Source of the DNA: a virus
IMG/VR virus record: IMGVR_UViG_3300025168_000032
Location: 1 to 64,000 of that record
Length of the DNA: 64,000 nucleotides
Strand: one strand, 5' to 3'
The notes beneath the pieces were generated by a model. That model saw only the letters and a program-made list of their open reading frames with translations, was not told the origin of the DNA and did not search any database. Shown here in pieces: positions 1 through 9,456 of the stretch (position 1 is its first letter; each line of letters opens with the position of its first letter). The translations under genes were made by a program, and so were the position numbers.

Positions 1-1
1 G

Positions 2-2245
2 CAGATCGAATCCCTTAAAAGTGCATATAAACCTTTTAGAAACGACTTTTACGGTACAACAACTCTAGCTAAGCAAGGGGAGATTGTACGAGAATTTAAA
101 CAAGCTCTAAAGGCAGTGTCGGAAGACGAAGACAAGGAAGCTGGGTACGAAAGAACTTCTGATGCTAAAGTAGAAACGCCCCCGATAGAGGAGCAAGAAG
201 ATGAACAGGTTCGACTAAAAAGGCTTCCAAACTTTAAATCAGATGTTAGAATATTTTATGATAATGCCAGAAGGTCTAAGGAGTCATTGAATAAATTTTA
301 TGAATATACCAAAGGCGGCAAAAAAATAGGAAACATTTATAAGCAAAAACTTATCAGACTAATAACTCAATTACAGAAAAGCACCGGAAGATTGGCTAAG
401 GATATAGATAAGTTAATAGGAATGCCGGAAGAGGCTATTACTGAAATAATGTCTGCTGAAGAAAAATATGAAAATGCCCAACAAGTAGAAAGGGTACACA
501 CAGAGATCGTAACCTCCTTTGACGATCTGTTTAAGATGCTTGAAGACCAATTGAAAAAACCCAGAGAAGAACCAGCAACCAAAGAAATTAGTGAAGAATT
601 GACATCTTTATCTAAGGATGCTGTTGATATGGAAATCAAAAAGATATACGGTCTGTTGAATCAGATTGTAGGTTTTTTCCCTAACGTTCAGCCATTCGCA
701 GGAACAGTGGATTTCGAAGAACTGGAAGAAGAATATAGAAAAGCCCTTGAGGACTTAGACTTCAGTGTTTCTAATTTACGTACACTAAATCAGGACTCCA
801 TTGCTGAGGGAACTCTTATTGACCTTAGAGAGAGACTTAAACTGTTTTCTGAAAAATTAGAAGAGATCTTTGCAATTAAGGCGGAAGTGCCCGGAGCTAG
901 TCCACAGCCATCTAGAACCGAACCTCTTCAGAGAGACCCAAGCCCTCCTTCCCCGGAGGAAAAAGGTCAAGAAGCCGGAGCCATAACTACGAGAGACCCT
1001 GATGCTCCTACGGGAGATCAAGAAGCCGATGAAGAAGGAGACGAGGAAGTGGCTCGTTTGAAAGACGGCACATTCGCTCCTCAGAGTACATCCCAGTTAT
1101 CAACATGGTTCAAGACCAAGATATTTAAAGCCCCCATGATAAAAGCTGAAATTAAAAGGTTATTTCCTGATGGAAAAGGTGTAGAAAATCTAGCTAAATT
1201 TATAGCTTATGTTTTGATATATAAAAACCAAATCAAACAAGACGTTCAGGAAAACACATACCACCGTACAGTTTTGAAAAGATTCATGGGAATTCCAGAA
1301 AACAAAATTGGTAATTTCTTTACTGACTTAAAAAGAAGAGAGGCACCGGTTCACGATTTCTTTGTTCAGTTGGCAAATTCCGAAAAAGAGAGCGAAAAAG
1401 TCGGCCTTCTGACATTGTTCAAAAGAGTTAACGGATATCTGGACGACAACCCAGTTGACGTATCTAAGATTGATATCAGCAGAATTAAAAGGGCTCAACT
1501 AACAGACACAGGCGGTGAAGAAGCCGAAAAAGAACAAGCAACAACCGATCCCCAAGACGACGCAGAAGAGCCTAAATCATTTAAAACATATTTTACCAAT
1601 AAAAAGTCCGTAGATTTTTTCCAAAAGGCTAAAAAGATTTTAAACTTTCTTTTGCAAAACGATCCACCGAAAGAAGATGCAGTTGGCCAATTGTCTGGTA
1701 TGCTACAAGAGAAGGAAGGCGTAGAATCGTTAATATATAACAACAAATCTTATTCTTTATCAGACTTAATGAGAAGACAAGAAGATCTTACATCTATGTT
1801 TTCACGACTAAAAGGGAAGCCCGAAGTTGTTAATACCCAAAACATCATAAATAAACTAATGAGTAAACTTCAAGGGTTTGTGGATATTTGGAAAGTTGGA
1901 TTGGAAAAATACTCAGCCCCTAGTGCTTCTGGTAATCTTGGCATAGAAGAGCCCTTGAATCTGGATCAAACCCAGCAACTTGTAAGACAGGCCTCCACAG
2001 ATGCTATTCAAAGAGTGATGAAAAGAAATCCCGATGCCTCTAACGAAGAAATTTTAGGTAGGGCCTCAGAGCTTGCAATGGGCGATGATATTTTAAAAGC
2101 TTTAATCGACTCACCAGAAAAAGGAACCGAAATTAAAAGCTCCATTATTAATGGGGTAAAGCAGGAATTAGAGACAAACCAACAAGGTTTAGAAGAACAA
2201 ATTAAACTAGCAGTAAACGAACTGCTCCGGGAAACAAATGGCTAA
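2..2245 (+). CDS. Large acidic hypothetical protein, 5'-truncated by the window edge
   Basis: The frame of the listed ORF (116..2245) has no stop back to position 2 (QIESLKSAYKPFRNDFYG...), so GTG116 is probably internal. Helical, Glu-rich, with low-complexity linkers. Confidence 0.8.
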   Translation, partial: QIESLKSAYKPFRNDFYGTTTLAKQGEIVREFKQALKAVSEDEDKEAGYERTSDAKVETPPIEEQEDEQVRLKRLPNFKSDVRIFYDNARRSKESLNKFYEYTKGGKKIGNIYKQKLIRLITQLQKSTGRLAKDIDKLIGMPEEAITEIMSAEEKYENAQQVERVHTEIVTSFDDLFKMLEDQLKKPREEPATKEISEELTSLSKDAVDMEIKKIYGLLNQIVGFFPNVQPFAGTVDFEELEEEYRKALEDLDFSVSNLRTLNQDSIAEGTLIDLRERLKLFSEKLEEIFAIKAEVPGASPQPSRTEPLQRDPSPPSPEEKGQEAGAITTRDPDAPTGDQEADEEGDEEVARLKDGTFAPQSTSQLSTWFKTKIFKAPMIKAEIKRLFPDGKGVENLAKFIAYVLIYKNQIKQDVQENTYHRTVLKRFMGIPENKIGNFFTDLKRREAPVHDFFVQLANSEKESEKVGLLTLFKRVNGYLDDNPVDVSKIDISRIKRAQLTDTGGEEAEKEQATTDPQDDAEEPKSFKTYFTNKKSVDFFQKAKKILNFLLQNDPPKEDAVGQLSGMLQEKEGVESLIYNNKSYSLSDLMRRQEDLTSMFSRLKGKPEVVNTQNIINKLMSKLQGFVDIWKVGLEKYSAPSASGNLGIEEPLNLDQTQQLVRQASTDAIQRVMKRNPDASNEEILGRASELAMGDDILKALIDSPEKGTEIKSSIINGVKQELETNQQGLEEQIKLAVNELLRETNG

Positions 2246-3560
2246 AAAAAACTATATTATTGACACTTCGGTGTTTCTCTCAGATGCAGATGCATTATTT
2301 GCTTTTGAGAACAACGACATTTTTATACCTCTAAAAGTTCTTGAAGAAGTCGATAAGCACAAAAAACGACAAGACAGTGTTGGTTTTCATGCTCGAAAGG
2401 TTATCAAACACTTCGATGGTCTTCGAGCAAGGGGTTCACTACATAAAGGAATACGCCCCAAAAAGGGTATGGGTATAATTAAGATCCTTGGCGTAACCAA
2501 CGGAGAATTTCCGGCAGATTTGGATATTTCCGTCCCCGACCACGAGATATTGTCCGTTGCGATGGATGTGTCAAGACTCATTCCCAAGAGGAAGGCTATT
2601 GTCGTTTCTCGTGACATCAATATGCGCGTAATTGCAAATGCAATTGGCCTTGAATCAGAAGATTATCTTACAGAAAAAGCAGTTGATGATGCCGATAAAT
2701 TATATGATGGTTTTTGCGAGCTTATAGTAGATGATCAATTGATTGATTTATATTATGCCGATGAAGAAATCATACTTGAAGAAGAACAAACTTTGAAACT
2801 CAACCCAAACCAGTTCCTTATGCTTCAATCGAGCGCAAACCCTAAAAAAACTGCTCTTGCGAGGTTTATGGGACCATCGCGCCCTATAGCAAAAGTGGCT
2901 CAAAATATCGGCAATATTAGCTGGGGAATCAAACCAAGAAACAAGGAACAATCTTTTGCCTTTGATTTGCTTTTCGATGATGATGTTCCACTTGTGACTC
3001 TAATCGGTAAAGCAGGGTCGGGTAAGACACTTATGGCTATAGCGGCTGGTATGGAACAGTGTTTAGGGATGGGGGAAAAGAAATATCGAAGGATTTTAAT
3101 TTCAAGACCAGTTCAGCCCCTTGGTAAAGATATTGGTTTCCTTCCCGGAACTCTTGAAGAAAAGATGCTTCCGTGGCTCAAGCCAATCCAAGACAACCTC
3201 CAAATGGTTGTTGGACACGATCGCACCATGTTGAAGAGTTTTATGGAAAAAGGACAAATCGAGGTTGAAGCCTTGACATATATTCGAGGCCGCTCGATTT
3301 CCAATGCATTTGTCATTATCGATGAAGCTCAGAATCTCACAGCGCATGAGGTCAAGACCATCATCACAAGGATCGGAGACAACACAAAAATTGTCTTAAC
3401 CGGAGACATTGAACAAATTGATAATATTTATACAAACGAGACATCAAATGGTCTCGCATTTGCCGTTGAAAAGTTCAAGACTTATGATCTGTCCGGTCAT
3501 ATAACGTTTAAGCGCGGAGAACGTTCGAAATTAGCGACTTTGGCGGCCAATATACTGTAG
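2238..3560 (+). CDS. phoH: PIN domain-PhoH family ATPase (PhoH2/YlaK-like)
   Basis: N-terminal PIN motif YIIDTSVFL...EEVD...SRDINMR, Walker A GKAGSGKT, RGRS, Walker B IIDEAQN and VLTGDIEQID. Confidence 0.95.
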   Translation: MAKKNYIIDTSVFLSDADALFAFENNDIFIPLKVLEEVDKHKKRQDSVGFHARKVIKHFDGLRARGSLHKGIRPKKGMGIIKILGVTNGEFPADLDISVPDHEILSVAMDVSRLIPKRKAIVVSRDINMRVIANAIGLESEDYLTEKAVDDADKLYDGFCELIVDDQLIDLYYADEEIILEEEQTLKLNPNQFLMLQSSANPKKTALARFMGPSRPIAKVAQNIGNISWGIKPRNKEQSFAFDLLFDDDVPLVTLIGKAGSGKTLMAIAAGMEQCLGMGEKKYRRILISRPVQPLGKDIGFLPGTLEEKMLPWLKPIQDNLQMVVGHDRTMLKSFMEKGQIEVEALTYIRGRSISNAFVIIDEAQNLTAHEVKTIITRIGDNTKIVLTGDIEQIDNIYTNETSNGLAFAVEKFKTYDLSGHITFKRGERSKLATLAANIL

Positions 3561-3570
3561 GAGGTAAGAT

Positions 3571-4185
3571 ATGTTGTTTATGTTAATTTTGTGGTTGAAT
3601 TTGACCGCTTTTGGTCAAGCCCCCGACCATGAGATAATTATTAAACCATCTGGTGTTAAGATTTATGTTGGAGAAGGCTTAACACCCAAAGGCTTATCAA
3701 GTCTAGTTTCAACCTACGCATCGCTTCACAAAGGAACAATTCGAAACGTAATTACTAAATCAGTCGCCCCACAAGTCTACGAAGGGAAAATCAAAATATA
3801 TGATAAGACTAGTATAAACTTTTTAAATAAATCAAAGTGTGATTATAAGAAAAATGCAATCAACTGTGGGGTCGAAAACAGACACTGGACAATGGTCCCT
3901 TCGATAACCGTGGAAAAACTTCATGCAAATTTTAATTTATCACTTTTTGATGAAGACGGAGAACTCATAGGAGCTTCATCAGTACCAGTGTGGGGGTTTG
4001 TGCAACTTTTACCTCGGTACAAAAGAACAACAATTAGCGAAAACACAATGTTTGGAAAAACAAATAGAGTAATATTGGAACAATACCCACCAAAGCGAAA
4101 AATAGTTCCACCCTTGGTAACATCATCGCATGTCTCTGACGCAATGATGATGCTTTTTCTATCAATCGAGGTGGAAAATATTTGA
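3571..4185 (+). CDS. Hypothetical protein with a predicted signal peptide
   Basis: GGAGG RBS and a hydrophobic N-terminus MLFMLILWLNLTAFGQ. Confidence 0.75.
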   Translation: MLFMLILWLNLTAFGQAPDHEIIIKPSGVKIYVGEGLTPKGLSSLVSTYASLHKGTIRNVITKSVAPQVYEGKIKIYDKTSINFLNKSKCDYKKNAINCGVENRHWTMVPSITVEKLHANFNLSLFDEDGELIGASSVPVWGFVQLLPRYKRTTISENTMFGKTNRVILEQYPPKRKIVPPLVTSSHVSDAMMMLFLSIEVENI

Positions 4186-4210
4186 CAAGACTATTGAGGA
4201 ATGTTATATT
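4182..4210 (+). promoter_or_regulatory. sigma70-type promoter with extended -10
   Basis: TTGACA (4182-4187), 17-nt spacer, TG-n, TATATT (4205-4210), upstream of ATG 4235. Confidence 0.8.
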
Positions 4211-4234
4211 GTATTTTAATAATGGAGAGTATTT

Positions 4235-4906
4235 ATGAACTGGGTTAAGGAATCAATAACCAGATCAAATAAAACAAGGAATCATTATACAATGTATGAG
4301 GTGGACATTTTCATTAAGGACGCATTACCTAAAAATATTGATCCGGATCTTGTTTTTTCATATATAAAGAAGCAAGTTCCTTCGTATTTTTTTAAGGATG
4401 TGGATATTATCTATGTCGGTCAATTCGATGTGTTTAAAGAAAAACAAGTTAATGCTATTTTTCAAGATGGTGCAATCTATGTGTCGAATAACCAAGACAG
4501 TAATCAAGATCTAGTTGATGACATTATTCATGAGATTGCCCATTCGGCTGAAGAAATATATCGAGATATAATATACTCTGACCAACAACTAAAAAATGAA
4601 TTTATTGGAAAAAGAAAAAAATTATATTGGATTTTGCAATCAAATGGTTTTAAACCTTATGAAAAGGTTGCAAATACATACCATTACGATAAAGAAATCG
4701 ATATGTATTTCTATAAAGAAGTTGGCTATGACACAATGTGGACAATTGTATCTGGCTTGTTTCCAACTCCTTATTCGACAACATCGTTGAGGGAGTACTT
4801 TGCAATTGGGTTCGAAGAATTTTATACGGGAGCACAGACCGATCTTAGAAAAATTTGTCCAATTTTATTTTCAAAGTTATCTGAACTTAACCAATTGGAG
4901 GGTTAA
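4235..4906 (+). CDS. Putative zinc metallopeptidase (HEXXH; anthrax lethal factor/Pro-Pro endopeptidase-like)
   Basis: DDIIHEIAH plus a downstream REYFAIGFEEFY resembling the third-ligand motif of ATLF-like zincins. Confidence 0.6.
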   Translation: MNWVKESITRSNKTRNHYTMYEVDIFIKDALPKNIDPDLVFSYIKKQVPSYFFKDVDIIYVGQFDVFKEKQVNAIFQDGAIYVSNNQDSNQDLVDDIIHEIAHSAEEIYRDIIYSDQQLKNEFIGKRKKLYWILQSNGFKPYEKVANTYHYDKEIDMYFYKEVGYDTMWTIVSGLFPTPYSTTSLREYFAIGFEEFYTGAQTDLRKICPILFSKLSELNQLEG

Positions 4907-5685
4907 TGCCTAAACATATATCTTATTCTGAACTTAAAACATGGGCTGAATGCCCAAGAAAACATAAAATTTCATACATTGATAGAATCAGGAGGTTTAA
5001 GGGAAATGAATATACTGCTTTTGGTCGCTCTATTCACGCTTTATGTGAGAATGCTGTACAGGGTACGCTTGATGAACGAGACTATGACGACTTCTTTGAT
5101 GAACATTTTGACAGAGAGTTGGACCAACTCGGTGAAGAACATCAGCGAAAAGACGATCTTATCACAGGAATGCGAGAGCAAGCAAAACGAATCTCTCCCC
5201 TCATCCTCCCAAAATTAGAGGAACATTATGGTAAATATCAGGTTATATCAGTCGAAGAAAATCTTTTTGAAAAAATAAATGATTTTTTACTTGACAAATA
5301 TGATTTTAAAGGTTATATTGATTTAGTGATTAAAACGTCTGACGGAAAATATCACATAATTGATTGGAAGTCGTGTTCTTGGGGCTGGGATGCTAAAAAG
5401 AGAAGTGATAAACTCATAACATATCAATTAACCTTGTACAAAAAATTCTTTTGTCAAAAACACAAGATTGATCCGGCTATGGTTGAGACTCATTTCGCTC
5501 TCCTCAAGAGAACCGCAAAGAAGGAAAATGTTGAAATATTTAGAGTTACATCGGGTTCTAGAAAAACAAACAATGCAAAAGATTTGTTGGTTCAAGCCCT
5601 TGCTAATATTAAAAACAAAAATTATGTTAAAAACCGACTCTCCTGTCAAGGTTGTGAATTCTATAAGACGGTCCATTGTCCATAG
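4906..5685 (+). CDS. PD-(D/E)XK nuclease, Cas4/RecB/AddB-like
   Basis: ISYSELKTWAECP, GYIDLV...IIDWKS, QLTLY and C-terminal CQGCEFYKTVHC (four-Cys Fe-S-type arrangement). Confidence 0.85.
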   Translation: MPKHISYSELKTWAECPRKHKISYIDRIRRFKGNEYTAFGRSIHALCENAVQGTLDERDYDDFFDEHFDRELDQLGEEHQRKDDLITGMREQAKRISPLILPKLEEHYGKYQVISVEENLFEKINDFLLDKYDFKGYIDLVIKTSDGKYHIIDWKSCSWGWDAKKRSDKLITYQLTLYKKFFCQKHKIDPAMVETHFALLKRTAKKENVEIFRVTSGSRKTNNAKDLLVQALANIKNKNYVKNRLSCQGCEFYKTVHCP

Positions 5686-5693
5686 GAGAGCAA

Positions 5694-6962
5694 GTGACTA
5701 AAAAAATTAAAGTTCTGACCCTGTCAGATCACCCCCTTTCACCTTCCGGAGTAGGAACCCAAACAAGATATGTTTGCGAGGCTCTTCTTAAGTCCGGAAG
5801 GTTTTCTATTATATCATTGGGTGGTGCTATGAAGCATCAAGATTATACACCCAAGATGGTCGACCCATACAATGAGGACTGGAAGATAATCCCAGTTGAC
5901 GGATATGGAACACCAGAGATGATACGATCAGTCTTGAGAACTGAAAAAGTAGATATTGTTTGGTTTATGACCGACCCTCGTTTCTGGGGCTGGTTGTGGC
6001 AAATGGAAAACGAAGTGAGACCATTGTGCCCAATGGTTTATTACCACGTATGGGACAACAAACCATACCCAGTATTTAATAAGATGTTTTATGATTCAAA
6101 TGATTATATTGCAACAATATCTAAAGTTACTGACGATATCGTTAAGAACGTAGCACCAGACGTCAACAGCACATATATTCCCCACGCTGTTGATTCAAGT
6201 ATATTTAAACCTGTTACTGATGAACAAATTATATCGTTTCGAAAAAGTTCGTTACCAGAATCAGATCATGATAAGGTTATTTTCCTTTGGAACAACAGAA
6301 ATGCTAGAAGAAAGCAGTCTGGTACTTTAGTATGGTGGTTTAAGGAATGGTTAGATAAGAGAGATGCTCATGAAAAAGCACAGCTAATAATGCATACAGA
6401 TCCGAAAGACCCTCACGGCCAAGATCTAGATCAAATCATAAGACACCTTGGTCTCGATGAGGGTAGACAAGTACTGGTATCAAAGGAGAAGATTGCACCC
6501 GAGCATTTATCTTCTATGTATAACATGGTTGACTGTACAATAAACATTTCCGATGCCGAAGGTTTTGGCCTCGCAACGCTAGAATCTCTTTCCTGTGGTA
6601 CTCCTATTATTGTTAATATGACAGGAGGACTACAAGAGCAAATAACAAATGGCTCTGAGTGGTTTGGTATCCCATTGCACCCCACATCGAAAGCTATAAT
6701 CGGATCACAACAAGTTCCATATATATACGAGGACCGAACATCTAAAGAGCAATTCTTTTCTGCTATGGATAAGATGGTAGCGCTAGGTAAAGCTGGCCGA
6801 AAAGAAATGGGACTGAAAGGACGACAGCACGTTTTAGATAATTATAATTTTACAAATTTCACTAAAACTTGGGTAGATTATATGGTTAATGTGCATGAGG
6901 CCGAGGGATCTTGGGATACAAGAAAGAATTATAACGGAATCCGGTTCAAGGAAGTTGCATGA
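5694..6962 (+). CDS. Glycosyltransferase, GT-B fold (GT4-like)
   Basis: SDHPLSPSGVG, NRNARRK, EGFGLATLESLSCGTPII. Start moved to GTG5694 behind AGGAG (track start 5676). Confidence 0.9.
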   Translation: MTKKIKVLTLSDHPLSPSGVGTQTRYVCEALLKSGRFSIISLGGAMKHQDYTPKMVDPYNEDWKIIPVDGYGTPEMIRSVLRTEKVDIVWFMTDPRFWGWLWQMENEVRPLCPMVYYHVWDNKPYPVFNKMFYDSNDYIATISKVTDDIVKNVAPDVNSTYIPHAVDSSIFKPVTDEQIISFRKSSLPESDHDKVIFLWNNRNARRKQSGTLVWWFKEWLDKRDAHEKAQLIMHTDPKDPHGQDLDQIIRHLGLDEGRQVLVSKEKIAPEHLSSMYNMVDCTINISDAEGFGLATLESLSCGTPIIVNMTGGLQEQITNGSEWFGIPLHPTSKAIIGSQQVPYIYEDRTSKEQFFSAMDKMVALGKAGRKEMGLKGRQHVLDNYNFTNFTKTWVDYMVNVHEAEGSWDTRKNYNGIRFKEVA

Positions 6963-7324
6963 GCAAAGAGCAGACCGGTTCTGCACCCAGTGGCATACCA
7001 TCTGTTGCTGACTCGCTAGAGTGGTCCTATATTGAGCCCTCTCCCGAATTCCCAGAATCAGCAGAATGGTTCCAGCCCGGAATATTTGATATCAATATAC
7101 CAATTCACCCAACATACAAAGAATCACTTAATCCTGTCTTGAATGTTGGGGATCTTGTTGAAACATACAATGGAGAAATAGGAATTATAGTTGAGTCAAA
7201 GGAACCTGAAGGTATTGCCTTGAGAATCAATGATGCAAACAATAACAGCTATAGTGTCTTAATAGGTGACGAAGAAAAAGCTTATATAGGATATTCCCTA
7301 AGAAGAATCAAAAAAGATTCTTGA
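6959..7324 (+). CDS. Small hypothetical protein with a KOW/SH3-like C-terminal half
   Basis: ATGA overlap with the upstream GT. LNVGDLVETYNGEIGIIVE resembles KOW-like motifs. Confidence 0.6.
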   Translation: MSKEQTGSAPSGIPSVADSLEWSYIEPSPEFPESAEWFQPGIFDINIPIHPTYKESLNPVLNVGDLVETYNGEIGIIVESKEPEGIALRINDANNNSYSVLIGDEEKAYIGYSLRRIKKDS

Positions 7325-7349
7325 CAATTTTATCAAAACGTGCTATACT
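7321..7349 (+). promoter_or_regulatory. sigma70-type promoter with extended -10
   Basis: TTGACA (7321-7326), 17 nt, TG-c-TATACT (7344-7349), followed by AAGGAG and ATG 7371. Confidence 0.85.
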
Positions 7350-7370
7350 ATAAAAGGAGAGTTAAGCTAA

Positions 7371-8615
7371 ATGAAAAAGAAAATATTTGTTAGAGGCCCT
7401 GTTCTCTCGCAATCTGGGTATGGTGAACAAGCCCGATTTGCACTTAGAGCCTTGAAATCAAGAGAAGACCTGTTTGATGTATTTATACAAGCCATACCTT
7501 GGGGCCAAACAGGGTGGGTTTGGGATCAAAGCGAATTTAGAGAGTGGGTTGATGAGAAAATAACAACAACTCAAATTCTAATGCAGGAGAAAAAATTACT
7601 TCCTGACATCAGTCTACAAATAACAATTCCGAATGAATTTCAAAAGATATGTCCGATTAATATCGGTTATACCGCTGGGATTGAAACTTCAAAGGTTGCA
7701 CCCGTATGGCTACAAAAAGGCAACGATATGGACAAAATACTTGTTGTTTCAAATCATGCCAAGGATACATATGTCGGAACAGTAGCCCAAGCAAAAAACA
7801 ACCAGACTGGTGAAACAATTCCATACAAATTGGAAACACCGGTTGAGGTGGTTTGGGAGTCCACTCCAAGGTCACCACCTGAAGATATTCCGGGTTTTAG
7901 TTTGGATTATGATTTCAACTTCCTCATGGTATCTCAAATAAGCCCTCGAAAGAACTTTCAAAATGCTCTAAGGTGGTGGGTTGAGGAGTTTGTAGATCAA
8001 GAGGTAGGCTTGGTTATCAAGTGTAACATTAAATCAAATTCAATTTCTGATTGGGAACATTTGCAACCTTCTGTTAAAAATATGTTAGCAAATTACCCAG
8101 ATCGAAAGTGTAAAGTATATCTTCTTCATGGAGATCTATCGTCAGGGCAGATGGTTGGCCTTTACAATAATCCTAAAATTAAAGCACTTGTAAACATTTC
8201 TCACGGTGAGGGCTTTGGTTTGCCAATGTTCGAAGCAGCAAGAGAAGCCCTCCCAATCGTAACCTGCGGATGGTCAGGTCAGCGCGATTTTTTATATGAT
8301 AACGAAAAAGGCTATTTTCAAGATGTGAAATTTACAATGGAGAAAGTTCAAAGCCAAGCAGTTTGGGACGGAGTAATAGAAAGAGACTCCCAGTGGGCTT
8401 TTGCAGATCAGGGATCTTATAAGATGACTCTTAGAAAAACTATGAAAGATTGGGACAGTGCCAAAGCACTGGCAAACCAACTTCAGGAGAGTCTATCTGA
8501 ACGATTTAACGATGATAAACTTTTTGAAGGCTTTGTTTCTGCGATTTATGGAGAAGAGATAAACGTTGATGAATGGCTAAAAGAGTTAGAAGAGGATATC
8601 GTTGAACAAGATTAA
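7371..8615 (+). CDS. Glycosyltransferase, GT-B fold (GT4-like)
   Basis: SQSGYGEQAR, SPRKN, HGEGFGLPMFEAAREALPIVTCGWSG. Confidence 0.9.
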   Translation: MKKKIFVRGPVLSQSGYGEQARFALRALKSREDLFDVFIQAIPWGQTGWVWDQSEFREWVDEKITTTQILMQEKKLLPDISLQITIPNEFQKICPINIGYTAGIETSKVAPVWLQKGNDMDKILVVSNHAKDTYVGTVAQAKNNQTGETIPYKLETPVEVVWESTPRSPPEDIPGFSLDYDFNFLMVSQISPRKNFQNALRWWVEEFVDQEVGLVIKCNIKSNSISDWEHLQPSVKNMLANYPDRKCKVYLLHGDLSSGQMVGLYNNPKIKALVNISHGEGFGLPMFEAAREALPIVTCGWSGQRDFLYDNEKGYFQDVKFTMEKVQSQAVWDGVIERDSQWAFADQGSYKMTLRKTMKDWDSAKALANQLQESLSERFNDDKLFEGFVSAIYGEEINVDEWLKELEEDIVEQD

Positions 8616-9456
8616 AATAATCTATATTTCTGATTACTTTGTGAATGAGGTTCTTGGTGGTGGCGAGTTGAACGACCATGAGCTTTTATCTATTTTGGAA
8701 AACAACGGACATGAAATAGTTAAATTGAAATCTAACACTGTTGATATCAAAACACTCAAGACCAATAAGAGTAATGGCTTTGTTATTTCTAATTTCATTA
8801 ATCTTTCAAAAGAGTGCCGTAATTATCTTTCTAACAATTGCAATTATATAATATACGAACATGATCACAAATACTTAATATCTAGAAATCCCGCTTTATA
8901 CCGGGATTTTGTTGCTCCTCCTGATCAATTAACAAACATTGAATTTTATAAAAAAGCAAAATCTATATTTTGCCAATCAGTGTTCCACAGGAGTATAATA
9001 ACCAAGAACCTTAAGATTAATAATGTTATTAGTGTTTCTGGCAATTTGTGGTCAACACAGTCCTTGAAAATAATGTCATTTTTAAATAAAAAACAAAAGA
9101 AAGGGTGTTATTCGGTTTTGAAATCACCGATACCGCACAAGAACACCAGAGAAACAGCCTTTTATTGCGAAAAGAAGGGTTATGAATATAGTTTGATATA
9201 TTCTTCAAATTATCAAGAGTTTTTGTCTCTGCTTAGTAATAACGACAAATTCATTTTTCTGCCAAAAACACCAGAAACATTATCTAGGGTAGTAGTAGAG
9301 GCAAGAATGATGGGAATAAAGACAATAACAAATAGAAACATAGGTGCCTCATATGAGTCGTGGTTCTCACTAAGTGGGGACGAATTGATAGATGTTATGT
9401 CTAGCAAGAGAACTGAGATACCGAATTTAATAGTGGAAAAATTAAATGAACAATAA
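8602..9456 (+). CDS. Putative glycosyltransferase (divergent GT-B)
   Basis: GGGELND at the N-terminus and ETLSRVVVEARMMG resembling the GT4 E-x7-E motif. Sits among GTs. Confidence 0.6.
   Translation: MNKIKIIYISDYFVNEVLGGGELNDHELLSILENNGHEIVKLKSNTVDIKTLKTNKSNGFVISNFINLSKECRNYLSNNCNYIIYEHDHKYLISRNPALYRDFVAPPDQLTNIEFYKKAKSIFCQSVFHRSIITKNLKINNVISVSGNLWSTQSLKIMSFLNKKQKKGCYSVLKSPIPHKNTRETAFYCEKKGYEYSLIYSSNYQEFLSLLSNNDKFIFLPKTPETLSRVVVEARMMGIKTITNRNIGASYESWFSLSGDELIDVMSSKRTEIPNLIVEKLNEQ

Noticed and set aside
5290-5295. Additional TTGACA hexamer
   Set aside because: Inside coding sequence with no -10 box at a 17-nt spacing.
4906-5685. CRISPR-Cas locus suggested by the Cas4-like gene
   Set aside because: No repeat-spacer array and no cas1, cas2 or effector genes in the window.
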